Below, one piece after another: positions 41,029-56,419 of a DNA stretch of 64,000 nucleotides. The position numbers and the translations under genes are program-made. The notes under the pieces are model-generated. The model did not search any database and was not told the DNA's origin. It was given only the letters and a program-made list of their open reading frames with translations. Within the stretch, counting starts at the first letter, position 1, and every line of letters begins with the position of its first letter. Source of the stretch: Octopus vulgaris (Eukaryota); the NCBI GenBank assembly GCA_951406725.2, contig OX597836.1, positions 33,852,001 through 33,916,000 on the forward strand, given 5' to 3'.

Positions 41029-41439
41029 ACATATGTACATACATAAATACATACATACATGCACGTACACACGTCACTTCACTTCCTGTTTGCGCTTTCT
41101 CTTTGTCTTTCTTTCCTTTCTCCTTCTTTCTTTCTTCGTTACTTGCGTTTATTATTTTTCCAAATTTCCTTTCATTCACAGTTAATTGAACGTTTGAAAG
41201 CGGTTTCTTATCAAACGTCTTCCAGCTACTAAATCACTAAATCACTATGTCCTTATTTCAACGTAAAGTTTATTTCCTTTTATTCTTGTTTTCAATGCAT
41301 GCTTGTTCGTTAGGTTTTAGAACGTTTCTTCTTCTTCTTCACCAATACAGATTAAAACGTACCCTATCCTTTCAGGGTACATTTTGAACTATATCTCTGA
41401 TCACATCGTTTTTTTTTTATTGCCCACTTCCCTATAATT

Positions 41440-41487
41440 TTCATCTTTCTTTCCTTCTTTCCTTCCTCTTTTCCTTCCTTCCTTCTC

Positions 41488-41541
<54 letters not shown>

Positions 41542-41811
41542 TTCCTTCTCTCATTCTTTCTTTCTTTCTTTCTTTCGTGTTTTGCTTCTTTGCTTCTTTT
41601 CTTCTTTCCTTCCTTCTCTCCTTCTTTCCTTCTTTCTATCTTTCTTTCCTTCTTTCCTTCCCTCCTTCGTTCGTTCATTCGTTCGTTCGTTCGTTCGTTC
41701 GTTCGTTCGTTTGTTCCTTCTTTCCTTCCGTCCTTCCTTCCTTCCTTCCTTCCTTCCTTCCTTCCTTCCTTCCTTCCTTCCTTCCTTCCTTCCTTCCTTC
41801 CTTTCCTTCCT

Positions 41812-41883
<72 letters not shown>

Positions 41884-42149
41884 TCGTGTTTTGCTTCTTT
41901 GCTTCTTTTCTTCTTTCCTTCCTTCTCTCCTTCTTTCCTTCTTTCTATCTTTCTTTCCTTCTTTCCTTCGGTCGTTCGTTCGTTCGTTCGTTCGTTCGTT
42001 CGTTCGTTCCTTCTTTCCTTCCGTCCTTCCTTCCTTCTTTCCTTCTTTCCTTCCTTCCTTCCTTCCTTCCTTCCTTCCTTCCTTATTTCTTTCTTTCTAC
42101 CTTCTTTCTTTCTTTCTTTCTTTCTTTTTGCTTTCTTTCTATCTTTCTT

Positions 42150-42228
<79 letters not shown>

Positions 42229-42230
42229 CC
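41440..42230. repeat. Polypyrimidine (CTTT)/(CCTT)/(CGTT) tract with an internal duplication of about 310 bp
   Basis: TCGTGTTTTGCTTCTTTGCTTCTTTTC occurs at about 41575 and about 41885. Confidence 0.93.
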
Positions 42231-42407
42231 GTCTGCCAAATCTACAAGGCTTTGGTTAGTCAGAGGGTTTAGTAGAAAATACTGAACCAAAATGCCGCAC
42301 AGTTAGACTGAAACCAGAACCGTGAAGTTGGGGGGAAAATCTCTTACTACACAGCCACGTCGACGTCTTTCTCTCTCTCTCCCTCCCTCACACACACACA
42401 CACACAC

Positions 42408-42479
<72 letters not shown>

Positions 42480-42569
42480 TATATACATATGTATGTATGT
42501 ATATATACATATGTATGTATGTATATACATATGTATGTATGTATATATGTATATATGCACTTGCATATA

Positions 42570-43075
42570 TGGGTACAGGACATAAAAAAAACGTTGAACA
42601 CAATGAGAAACGAAAACATAAAAACAAAAACATAGAAACGAACTTTTTTTCGAACAACGAAAAAAACAAACAGAGAAACGAGACATACAACACAAAGAAT
42701 ATTCCCCTTCTTCAGTTGCCCCTGTTTCATCTACTCCACGTTACGAAGGCACGGACAAGACGCGACTTCGTTGAAACAGTCCTTCCCGCAAAGTAAATTA
42801 AATATAATTTGGGATTTTTTGCGGAGGGTGAAATTGGTAACAAGAACAGTTCCTTAGGGCCAGGAACTTTTCAGCACCCCCTCGTACATGTATATGCAGT
42901 CATCCTGCCATCACGTTACGAAGGCAAGGACAAGACGCGACTTCGTTGAAACAGTCCTTCCCGCAAAGTAAATTAAATAAAATCTGAGATTTTTTGCGGA
43001 GGGTGAAATTGGCAACAAGAACAGTTCCTTACGACCAGGGACCTTTCAGCACCCCCTCGTACATGTATATGCAGC
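42570..43075 (-). repeat. Dispersed repeat (also about 45640-45950) with a local 175-bp tandem duplication
   Basis: AAAGAATATTCCCCTTCTTCAGTTGCCCC..GGACAAGACGCGRCTTCGTTGAAACA is shared. 42737-42911 is repeated from 42912. Confidence 0.8.
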
Positions 43076-43496
43076 CGCACATGTACACTCATCCTGCCAT
43101 CACTAATCTCAAACACCTCTGTATGTCTGCACTAATGCACCAAATGAAATTGCTGAGAAAATGATATTTAAAACTAGCAGACGACAGCTCAAACTGCTTC
43201 CCACATCACCTTATCCTGCCCCACACAACCCCCAATGCTACCCAACGCACTGCCTGAGGCTGTGTCCTGCACCCCAATATATAATCTAATTGAAGAATTT
43301 GCATGAAAGCTGAAGTTTAAGAATTCCTTGTTGTCAAAATATTTACCATATTTTAGAGCTCTTATCTCGGTTCCATTGCTTTGTTCTTGTTGCTGTTATT
43401 GTTGTTGTAGTTGTTGTTGTTATTGGTGGTGATGGTGGTAACATTGCGGATGGTTCTTTCTTTGTTTATTATTATTATTATTATCATTATTATTAC

Positions 43497-43599
<103 letters not shown>

Positions 43600-43935
43600 G
43601 AGTGAGAGAGCAGTGCATGCCATCAAAGTGACACTGGGGTAAAATATACGAAGCACAGTATACCCATCATGACTACCCGTCTGATAAGAGTACACCAGGC
43701 ACATGCATCACAACCATATGTGCGCGACATGGTGATCTCATATCAAAATAAACAGCACATGACCTTGCAGGTGGGGCCCAGTTAGAATTTTCTTCAGGTT
43801 GAGTAACCCATCCTGTTCAAAAGGTCCCTGAATAAGGGTTGTTTAAGGATGTTGAACGAAACACCCATGTTTCTTCTTCTTCTTCTTCTTCTTCTTCTTC
43901 TTCTTCTTCTTCTTCTTCTTCTTCTTCTTCTTCTT

Positions 43936-44090
<155 letters not shown>

Positions 44091-44292
44091 CATTATTATT
44101 ATTATTATTATTTTCATTAGCATCTTTCAATTCTGTTTCCATTTCTTGCCGAGTGTCTTCCTGACACCGAGAGCAGAGAAACGTACTGTATACATTGGAA
44201 GGCCATCAAAACAAGCACACCAGATTGTTCATTTAAGGAGTCATGTGATAGAGAAGCAATTTGCTGAACCCTAATCATAATTATCGAATTTT

Positions 44293-44332
<40 letters not shown>

Positions 44333-44516
44333 TATATATTCAGTGTTGCTGCTGATGGCGGTGACGGTGGCGTTATTGTTCAATGACAATTACTGGCACT
44401 AAGATGCAAACGTTAAATCCTGTCTGCTATTTCAAATTCCCGCCCACTGAAATAGTTCACTGTCGCTTTCTTACTATATACATCTACCACCACTAGTACC
44501 CCCAATAACTAACTCT

Positions 44517-44547
<31 letters not shown>

Positions 44548-44684
44548 CAAATAACAAATGAAAGACAGAAGATGGAATATACGAGAATATATTATTAATC
44601 ACAACAATTGTTTCGTCACATCTAGCATCGACTCCTCTTGTGGGACACATAAAAACTGGTACAGGAGTATCCGGTGGTGCAGAT

Positions 44685-45345
<661 letters not shown>

Positions 45346-45502
45346 TGATATAAAATATAAGATTCTAAAAATTAAAGATGTCTATTTACTTTCTGCATGT
45401 CTGTGCATATATATTCTGTATTTGTGTATTATGTGAAAAACGTTTTCCCTAATTGTGACTGAAAATGCCGAAGTAACTATATTGATTTTTAATATAGACA
45501 TA

Positions 45503-45573
<71 letters not shown>

Positions 45574-46347
45574 AATATATGCATATATACATACATATAT
45601 TTACATACCTAGGTATATATGTATATATACATGCATATATGGGTATAGGACATAAAAAAAACGTTGAACAAAATGAGAAATGAAAACATAAAAACAAAAA
45701 CGAAACGAGACGTACAGCATAAAGAATATTCCCCTTCTTCAGTTGCCCCTATTTCATTTACTCCGCGTTTCGAAGGTAAGGACAAGACGCGGCTTCGTTG
45801 AAACAATCCTTCCCGGAAAACTAATTAAATAAAATTTGGGATATTTTGTGGAGGGTGAAAGTGGTAACAAGAACAGGACAGTGAGAACAAAACAGTTAAA
45901 AACAATAAAAAGTAAAAACAGTAAAAGCCAGAACAATGAGAACAAAACAGTAAAATCAAATGATGAGGGTTGTTAAGCCAAGACGATGGAAAAATTATTC
46001 TGAACGTTTAAGGAGACGAGATTATGAAGAGACAGGATAAGCCCGTTTAGTCTTTGTGAAGGTAGTAGTCGAACAGATGGATTTCCTCTCATATATATAT
46101 ATATATACAGCACTTACCTAGCGTACCTAATCGTTTAGTTCACCTGTGAACTAAACCCCCACACCTGTACGGCTGATAATTCGTTATTTACCTGGCGACT
46201 TGTGATGGTATTTTAATAATACCATCCCTATATATATTTATAAATAATTTTACGCATTTCGTTTGTTCGTACGGTGCTTGGTCACTTTAAACGAACATTC
46301 GCAGGCATTGTATGGGGGAGAATGTTAGTAGTTATTTAGCTGGCGGA

Positions 46348-46406
46348 CTTTGGCTGATGAGAAATCACGTGCCTGGGTGGCGCTAATTTTCGAAACCGGT
46401 ACCAGG
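46348..46406 (+). ncRNA. Type-I minimal hammerhead ribozyme motif with canonical core
   Basis: CTTTGG-CTGATGA-GAAA..GTGCC(TGGGT)GGCGC..TTTC-GAAA-CCGG-TA-CCAGG. Confidence 0.7.
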
Positions 46407-46622
46407 TTGACCAGCATTTACTTGTTCTGACCCATTTGAGGTAAGACATTGTTATTGTTCACTGATATTTTTTCCTATCTTGTCTGTAATAGATTTGTGA
46501 CTATTCGGTGGTACAGAAGTATTTTTTGACTTCTATCATGAGCGATATAAGGTACTGGGCTTACATGTAAGTACCCTTGTGTATATATGTACATATCTAA
46601 TATTGTATGTATATATTTTATT

Positions 46623-46720
<98 letters not shown>

Positions 46721-47305
46721 TGTATGTATGTATGTATGTATATTTGCCATGGTATGAAGAAATTACTAGTTTCCGGTAAGCAACTTTCAACAAATAATGC
46801 CTGGATACTCCCAAACCATCTCCCCGTAGGTAAATGCGTTAAGCACTTCACCGTCGTTTCGAAACCCACATCGAAAACAATGGGAGCATAGACCTTATCC
46901 CTAATATTATAATTTAGCGTGAGTCTTAAACGCGGAGCTGTTCTTAAGTGTAGTGTAACACGCAAGCGACAGACAATTGAACTCTGTGTCATCTTATCCG
47001 AAGTGACAAACGACTGTGGGGTTGGGACGTAAGTGAACTGTCCACCAAGATGTCTGACTTAAATTTCTCATCGATGCACGTAAAATAAAAAGAGAAGACA
47101 TCTTTGTATTTCCTTGTTGTTTTCCGTTTATTTTTGTGATATGCTGCTATGTATGTATGTATGTATGTATGTATGTATGTATGTATGTATGTATGTATGT
47201 ATGTATGTATGTATGTATGTATGTATTTATGTATGTTATACATATACACACGCATATATATATATATATATATACACGCGTATATATATGTATAAATACA
47301 TACAT

Positions 47306-47337
<32 letters not shown>

Positions 47338-47705
47338 TTATATATATATGAGCATGTTTCTATATATTCATATATATATATATATATATACACATAAATA
47401 TATATATACCTATATATTTACATATAAACACATGCATATATATCAATACAGACATGCATTTATGTATTTATATACATACCTATATGTAAGTACCTAGATA
47501 AATATATATGCGTATATGTACATATATATATGTACATACACACACATTTATACATATTCACATGCATACATACACAATACACACACGTACACACGCACAC
47601 TCTCATACGCACACAGACGCTCACACACATACACACACACGCACATACCTATACACGGTTCTTTTAAATGATTGATACGGAAGACAGAGTGTAACCTTTA
47701 TTTAG

Positions 47706-47807
47706 CACAACAATCGTTTCGGCTGCCTTCTGCACTGCTCACTAGTGGGTATGGAACGATGTATTGCCATCGCATGCATCACACAGTGCTGGGAGCCGCA
47801 TCAGGTG
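47706..47807 (-). ncRNA. Hammerhead-like motif with extended stem II and A9C core change
   Basis: CAC-CTGATGC-GGCT..GCACTG...CAGTGC..AGCC-GAAA-CGATTG-TT-GTG. Confidence 0.5.
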
Positions 47808-47988
47808 ATGCAACATGTTACAAAAGTTATAAGATTTAAATTTCGTTTTCGCTCCAAGATGGATGCTGGTGATGTTTACACACATTGGTGAAGCATACAT
47901 AAATACATACATACAAGCATGCATGCATGCATACATACAAGCATGCATACATGCATGCATACATACATTTATATATATATCTAGCTAG

Positions 47989-48024
<36 letters not shown>

Positions 48025-48054
48025 TATCTATATATATATCTATCTATATATATA

Positions 48055-48148
<94 letters not shown>

Positions 48149-48359
48149 GGAAAGTTTACGAATATAAACAAAAGACGAAGGCAGGTGGAGTACAAACAAA
48201 CAAATGCATTTGTATAGCGCTCAGGAATAGAAATAGAAAAAGTCTTTTACGTTTCGAGCCTAGGCTCTTCGACAGAAAGATACACAGAAAAAAACAAGGA
48301 AAGAAACAAGGAGAGAAAAAAAGGAGAGAAAAATTGCGTGTAGGAGCTAACGATCTATT

Positions 48360-48971
48360 GCTTGACAACGGATGTTTGTATATTTACATCCGTAAATATA
48401 CAAACATCCATTGTCAATCAATGGTGGTGACAAACACAGACACAAAGACACACTCACATAAATATATACATATACACACAGCCGATATGACAGGCTTCTT
48501 TCAGTTTCCATCTACCAAATCCACTTACAAGGCTTTCGTCGAGTATAGTAGAAGTCACACAACCAAGGTGCCACGCAGTGGGACTGAACGCGGAATCATA
48601 TTGTTGGGAAGCAAGCTTCTTACCATACAACCATGCCTGTGCCTGTATATATATATATATCACTGTGACCACCGTGACCGACCAGGCTATCAGATGTTGC
48701 TATATATCGCTGGTCACAATGCGCTTTGCATTGCTTTAGCCTTCAAATGACGCCACCCCGCTGGCTAAACGAGAAGGCCAACAGAAGACAGAGTGAGAGA
48801 AAGTAGCGGCGAAATAGTACAGCAGGGCTCACCACCACCCCCTACCGGTGCCTTGTTGAGCTTTAGGTGCTTTCGCTCAATAAACACTCACAACGCCCGG
48901 TCTGGGAATCGAAACCGCGATCCTCCGAGCGCGAGTCCGGTGCCCTAACCACTGGGCCATTGCGCCTCCAC
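48360..48971 (-). mobile_element. Diverged SINE B (48360-48640) and a SINE A variant with a different 3' tail (48660-48971)
   Basis: Family A head at 48850-48971. The tail GAAGGCTAAAGCAATGCAAAGCGCATTGTGACCAGCG is also seen at about 62700-62790. Confidence 0.8.
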
Positions 48972-49034
48972 TGCTGTTGCTGTTGTTTTTGTGTGTCAGT
49001 GCAATTGCACGTGCGATCGTTAGTGTGTGTGTGT

Positions 49035-49094
<60 letters not shown>

Positions 49095-49582
49095 ATGTGT
49101 ATTTTTGTGTGTGTACGTCTTTCTCAAGAAGCAAATACCGCCACCGCAAGGTTTTCATATCTACCCCCAAAACAACTTTCTTTACCTCCACAAAAACAAA
49201 ACAAGCAAAAACAAAAAAAGAACAAAAATCAAAAAAATAATAACAATAACGAGAACAAAAAAAAAAAAACAAGGACAAAAACACACAGAAAAACCTCCTA
49301 AACAAATAGCTTTAATGGCTAGTTTTATTAGTTTTTCCTAGTTACGGTGGGTAGAAGATGAAAAAGAATCTGGATGTTACACAACCATCATAAAGCTATT
49401 AAATATGGGATTCCAAGATGGCGGTGAAAAGGGACGGAATGTTCGGGGGTTGAAAGAGACGAAAAGGTAGAAAGCGAGGTAGGTATGTTTTTTTTCTCTC
49501 TCTTTGCTTCTGTCTGGCAGTGTCTCTGCTTCCCCCTCGGTGTCTGTGTGTGTGCGTGTGTGCGTGTGTGTGTGTGTGAGTT

Positions 49583-49616
<34 letters not shown>

Positions 49617-50041
49617 AGTGCGTGTGTGTGTCTATCTGTTTTTGACGATTTTGTGTTGTTTGTGAGTATCCATTCGTTAGATTCATCTTCACTACACACA
49701 CATACATATATATATATATACATGCATATATATATACATGCATATATACATACACACACATACATAGATATACATACACACATACACACACACTAACACA
49801 AACACACACACATATATATGTATTTGTGTGTGTGTCTGTGAGTGTGTTTGCACGCATACACACATGTATTTATGAATGCGTATATATACATATTCATACA
49901 ATAAACATGTAGGCACACCTATACACCCCACAACATTCAAGCATATATATACGTATATATATGTATATATATATATTATGCATATGCATATGTATGCACA
50001 TATATATGTATATACATGTATATACATACATATATACATAC

Positions 50042-50087
<46 letters not shown>

Positions 50088-50226
50088 AGCAACACACCTG
50101 GATATATAGATATAAAAATACTCAGCAATGTACATATAAATATTTACATAAGCATGTGTATAATTGTATGTGTGTATATTTATGTATATATATATATATA
50201 TATATATATACACGTATGTATATATG

Positions 50227-50317
<91 letters not shown>

Positions 50318-50340
50318 GGATATTTAATATTTGCATTACA

Positions 50341-50389
<49 letters not shown>

Positions 50390-50394
50390 GCACA

Positions 50395-50448
<54 letters not shown>

Positions 50449-51412
50449 TATGAAACAGGAGCTTTCGTCATCCCACTCACGGAACAAAAAAGAAACTAAC
50501 AAAAATTCAAAAATCAAAACAAAACCCGTGTTTACTTGAAAGTAATAATTTGGAAAATAAAGAACCAATGAGCCGTAACAACATAATTATATAAGAGTTC
50601 TTGGTTGTTTTCTTCAAGAGTGGAACCAGTGTAATCTCTCTATTTGTTTGCAGTTTCGTGATTTGGTCGACAAGAAGAGAACTGCTCAGATCTGGTCGCC
50701 CTCGTTTTGCTTGTATCAAAAATGGCGAGACTAATTGGGATATTTTTGCCGTCCTTCCGACAGATCGTAGTATTAAATCTTAACATTCCCCCCACAACGT
50801 CACAACATCAAAACATTACTATATCGCAGCAGTTATAACAATCACAACAACAGTAAATCGTAAATTTGCGACATCGTTGTGATATCACAATATCTTCGTC
50901 GTTCCTCCTCCCCCCCTATCTCTTTCGTTTACTTATCGCTATGTACCAAATGCATGAGGAATAAAGTCCATGAGGAATAAAGAAAAAGACAAACAGATAG
51001 AAAGGAAGTCGGGTGGACAGAAGAATGAAATAAACAAAAACTTAAAGTTAATGTATGAGATGAAAATGCCCGTCGTCTAATGACTGAAACAAGTGAAAGA
51101 TAAATGATAAAAAAAGATGTAAGTCTGCGTATGTGTACATTTATGTATGTATGTGTGTTCGTGTATGTGTGCGCGTGCGTGCGTGCGTGGGTGCGTGCGT
51201 ATAGATATTGTTGACGTCATAAAAATTTGTAAGCATTTTCCCCGCAGTTTGAAAATCTTTATGACGTCAACGACCGACACTTCGGACCAGCCCAGATTGC
51301 CAATTATCTCATTTATAACCAAAGATGTACGTAGTTTCTCATTGCCATGGTAAATGCAATTCGTTTTCGGATTCTTGTTCGGCCTCTTCTTTCGAGTTGC
51401 TTTTCTAAGCAT

Positions 51413-52734
51413 TAAAGTTCTCAACCATTTTTTTTTTGTTATCTATGGACCCCCTTTAATTACTAATTTATTCTGTTGGACCCTCATAGGCGTTCGATTT
51501 TTAAAAACTAGAAATACTAAATTTCTAAATCTCTCGTAGAGACATGTACGGTGGTGGGGCGATAGAATGGTAGTATACTGTCAATCTAACACGAACGTGA
51601 CAGTAGGGGGTACACCACCGCTGTTTAGCCCAAGGAAACATCGACGCCTCCTGATGGCTTTGACACATTTCTCCTGTGTCCTTATATACATTTACGGCGA
51701 GTCGAGACAGATATCGTCAGCTGACCGGTGTCCGCTACTCTAGGCCGACGAAGGACAATCATCCTGAAACACGTGTCCCTAGATGCAGCACCGGGCGGCT
51801 GGGGGTGTTTGTCTCCCCTTCGTAAATGTATATAAGGACACAGGAGAAATGTGTCAAAGCCATCAGGAGGCGTCGATGCTTCCTAGGGCTAAACAGCGGT
51901 GGTGTACACCCTACTGTCACGTTCGTGTTAGATTGGCAGTATACTACCATTTAAAAACTAGTTTCGCAGAAACTTCTTTCAAAATTTATATTTTGTTTTA
52001 CACACATTAACTTGTGTTGTTTGAACTGTGTAAAATGGTAGAGAAAGAAGCAAAGTTGTTTCATGCAATACATACCTATTTCTTTATTACCCACAAGGGG
52101 CTTAACATAGAGGGGACAAAAAAGGACTGACAAAGGTATTAAGTCGATTACATCGACCCCAGTGCGTAACTGGTACTTAATTTATCGACCCCGAAAGGAT
52201 GAAAGGCAAAGTCGACCTCGGCGGAATTTGAACTCAGAACATAAAGAGAGACGACATACCACTAAGCATGTCGCCCGGCGTGCTAACAATTCTGGTAGCG
52301 GCAGAACGTAGCGGTAGACGAAATACCTATTTCTTTATTCTTTATATCTGTTTCTTTATTGCCCACAAGGGGCTAAACATAGAGGGGACAAACAAGGACA
52401 GACAAACGGATTAAATCGATTATATCGACCCCTAGTGCGCAACTGGTACTTAATTTATCGACCCCGAAAGGATGAAAGGCAAAGTCGACCTCAGTGGAAT
52501 TTGAACTCAGAACGCAACGACAGACGCAATACCGCTAAGCATTTCGCCCTGCGTGCTAACGGTTGTGCCAGGTCACCGCTTTGCAATACATACCAATACA
52601 TACATCTAAAACGAAATTCTTCAGGGACACTTAAAATACTATTGTGGATTCCCAATTTACTATTTTACTGCATGGACCCCCAGAAATCTTCTATGGGCCC
52701 CCAGGGTTCATATGAACACCGGTTGAGAAGCACT
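51413..52734 (-). mobile_element. hAT-Charlie-like MITE copy with nested inserts (palindromic element 51512-51949 and SINE C multimer 52075-52570)
   Basis: GTTCTCAACC near the left end and GGTTGAGAAGCACTG at the right end. The body matches 9704-10388 and the fragments at 13930-15900. Confidence 0.65.
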
Positions 52735-53164
52735 GGTTTAGAATATCTCAATGTACTGCTTACACGACTCAGAAGATCAATAATGTACGCTATTCTCATT
52801 CAAAAAACTAACCACTTTGACTTTTTCGGCCGATCGCTGACATTTGGAAAAGATGTTATGACGCCATTTCCTGGGCTGAACCCGCGCTTCCGGATTATTA
52901 AAATACGTCTTGGCTTCATTCCCTGTCACAAAAAAGAAAAAAAAAAACAACAAAAAACGTGTCCTCATTGGCTTTAAATTGTTCCAGGAAATCAGGACAA
53001 GATTTCGCTCTTCTTTCCTTCAAAGTGGGGAAGACCCTACATACAAATTCTGAACCTTCCCTCATCTTCTGTAATGACTTGTAACCATAGTTGAATTCTG
53101 CAGCATATATGCGCGCGTGTGTGTGTGAGTGAAGAGGTTTGTTTTTTCTTACTTTTATTTTTTT

Positions 53165-53406
53165 ACACGTTTCAGTCATTTGACTGCGGCCATACTGGAG
53201 CACTGCCGTAAAGTGTTTTAGTCGAAGAACTCCACCCTGAGACATATTCTTTGTAAGTCTAGTACTTATTCTATCGTTCTGTTTTTTGCCGATCCGCTAA
53301 GTTATAGGGAGATAAATACACCAGCATCGGTTGCCAAGCGATGGTGGTGGAACAAACACAAAGACATACATACATATATACATATATATATATATACATA
53401 TATATA

Positions 53407-53444
<38 letters not shown>

Positions 53445-53487
53445 GACATATACATATGGATACATACATACATACATACATATATAC

Positions 53488-53566
<79 letters not shown>

Positions 53567-53730
53567 TATACGACAGACTTCTTTCAGTTTCCGTCTACCA
53601 AATCTACTCACAAGGCTTTGGTCGGCCTAAAGCTAGAGTAGAAGATACTTGCCCAAGGTGCCACGCAGTGGGACTGAACCCGGAGCCATACGGTTGGGAA
53701 GCAGGCTTCTTACCACACAGCCACCCCTGT
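53165..53730 (-). mobile_element. SINE family B with expanded internal (TA)n
   Basis: Family tail, body and head are present in reverse complement. Confidence 0.85.
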
Positions 53731-53908
53731 GTCTATGTGTATGATATTTGCATGTATGTATGTGTATGCTGGTATATTTATATGTGTTAATGTGTATGCA
53801 TGTATGCATACATATCTGTGTTATGTGTATGTGTATGTATGCATATCTACATGAGTATCTATAGGTATATTTATATGTATATATATCTATGTATATATAT
53901 TTTCATCT

Positions 53909-53970
<62 letters not shown>

Positions 53971-54139
53971 CATATATTGTATATGGGAGTGTTGAAGAAG
54001 TAACTCGACCAATCCCTAGGGATATTTGAAGAAGGAATTTTTATGTTCCGAAATATTATATCACACCGTGGATGATTAAATTACATCAGTTTTTATAGTC
54101 CATTGTTGTGCCAATCAAAACATTATCATTATTTATTAT

Positions 54140-54205
<66 letters not shown>

Positions 54206-54418
54206 ATAATCATCCCAGGAATACGGCCTATGGTCGTAAGAAAACTAGATTTGTGGAAACGCATATAGCGATGAATTGAAATATTTATAAATTCAATCCT
54301 ATGATTACTACTATTACTACTACATATATATGTGTGTGTGTATGTGTGTGTGTGTGTGTTCGTGTGTGTGTGTGTGTGTGTGTGTGTGCCTGTGTGAGGA
54401 GAATACATTAATCCATAA

Positions 54419-54726
54419 AATTCCAACTTAATCTGATTTTCACATTTTATTATTTGCAATTTTACAATTGTACAATATAGAAGAAACAAACTAGTAGTTT
54501 CGTGTGTTACACAATCATCAGGTTTATGTAGTGACAGTCGATTTCCGCAATTGACATCCGTGTCAATTGACAGTTGTCATTTGTGGAACACGACTGTCAC
54601 TACATAAACGTGATGATTGTGTAACGCATGAAAGTACTAGTTTATGTCAATATTGTAAACTTGTAAACTTGTAAAATTGTAAAAACTGCAAATAAAATGA
54701 TGAGAAAACCAGACCAGACTGGAATT
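54419..54726. repeat. Inverted pair of Penelope-like termini, each arm with a minimal hammerhead motif
   Basis: Minus 54488-54525 reads AAAC-CTGATGA-TTGTGTAACACAC-GAAA-CTAC-TA-GTTT. Plus 54606-54643 reads AAAC-GTGATGA-TTGTGTAACGCAT-GAAA-GTAC-TA-GTTT. Confidence 0.7.
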
Positions 54727-54751
54727 TCACACACACACACACACATTTACA

Positions 54752-54804
<53 letters not shown>

Positions 54805-55177
54805 TTAGTTAAAAAAGATTAGAGATGTATGCAAATCAAATTTTTATATATAAAAGATGGAGGTGGAAGTAGCTGAGAAGTAAGTCTAAGACATTTAAAT
54901 TTAAGAGGGAATTTGATAAAGATGATTTTAAAAAATTATATACAGAAGATATTACCCGTTTCGATGTATCCCATCTTATCAAGTATCAGTAAAAAGAGTA
55001 AAAACAGTTTATCTTCTGTCTGGGGGTCAAGAACACGTCTTTTGCATCGAAACCCGTAATATTTTCTTTATATAATTTTTTAAAATCATTTTTTATTAAA
55101 TTCCCTCTTGAATTGAAATGCCTTAGACTTACTTCTGTGCTAATTCCACCACCATCTTGTATATACATAAATATATG

Positions 55178-55220
<43 letters not shown>

Positions 55221-55243
55221 ATCTATCTAGCTAGCTATATGTA

Positions 55244-55353
<110 letters not shown>

Positions 55354-55830
55354 TATTTATAATTGCATGTATATATTAAAACAGAAATGAGAAGTTAATG
55401 GTTTGGTAAGTTATGACAAGGACACTTAATATAGCTGTGTAATAAAATTGTTTACATAGTCTCTAACAGCTGTTTCTAGAATATCTCAGCTATCGGAACA
55501 TCGTGTCGAGGGAGAATTTCATCAGCCGAGTATTTTGTAATTGGAGAAAGAAAGGTTAAACACATGTGAGAGAGGAAGAGTATTCCTCATCAATGAGAGT
55601 CACCTTGACGAAAATTTCTCGTATCTTTCTATAAACAATTCAAATAAACGAATAAAAACGGGAAAAAACGGAAAACAACCAACGTGAGGCCGTGCACAAG
55701 GAGTGTATTAACTTGACGCTCGGTGAAAGAAAGGTGTTTAACGTTTCGAGCATAGCTCTTCGTCGGAAAGTAGAAAGGGAAAACGTCCAAAGAAGGAGGA
55801 GCAAAAGAAATCGCCAACAGGCCGCGTGTA

Positions 55831-56343
55831 CCGTAAATCCTCGAGCATAATCTACACTTTTCCCACAAAATTTAAAGGTCAAAATCCCTAGTGCGTACTA
55901 TATACGAGGTTAAAAAGGAAAATTATTTTCTAAGCAATGTCCGAGTCTCTATTTGCTGTCCGGCAATGTTTATTCAGACGCATTTTGTGATGTAGGGCGC
56001 GAAAATACCTTAAGCTAAGCCTGAAAGCAATGAAGTCTTAAGAGAATCATCCATAACTTGCAGTAAGCAACATTTATTAAAATAAAAGTATTCAGAACAC
56101 AGAATAACGTGTAACAAAAACAATTTGCAAATGTATTTACATTCCCATGCTAAGAACATCACCATTATTGTATTACGCATGCGCGGAAGTGTTTGTTCGA
56201 CTAGGTGCTGCTAGCTTAATTATGCACGACCCAAGTTAGAGGAGTGCGTATTATACACAAGGTTTATGTTTTTCAGAGGTACAGCCTCCTAAAAATCCCC
56301 TGCGTATTATACTCAAGGGCGGACTACACTCGAAGATTTACGG
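55831..56343. mobile_element. Tc1/pogo-type MITE
   Basis: TIRs CCGTAAATCCTCGAG / CTCGAAGATTTACGG, flanked by TA on both sides. Confidence 0.8.
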
Positions 56344-56419
56344 TAGTCACACAGGCACACACAGACACACACACAGTCACACACAGACACACAGACACAC
56401 ACAAACACGACATGTTTTA

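Noticed and set aside
41364-42290. 308-aa KERK-rich ORF, and all [12 protein letters not shown]/poly-S ORFs elsewhere
   Set aside because: They are stop-free readings of simple repeats.
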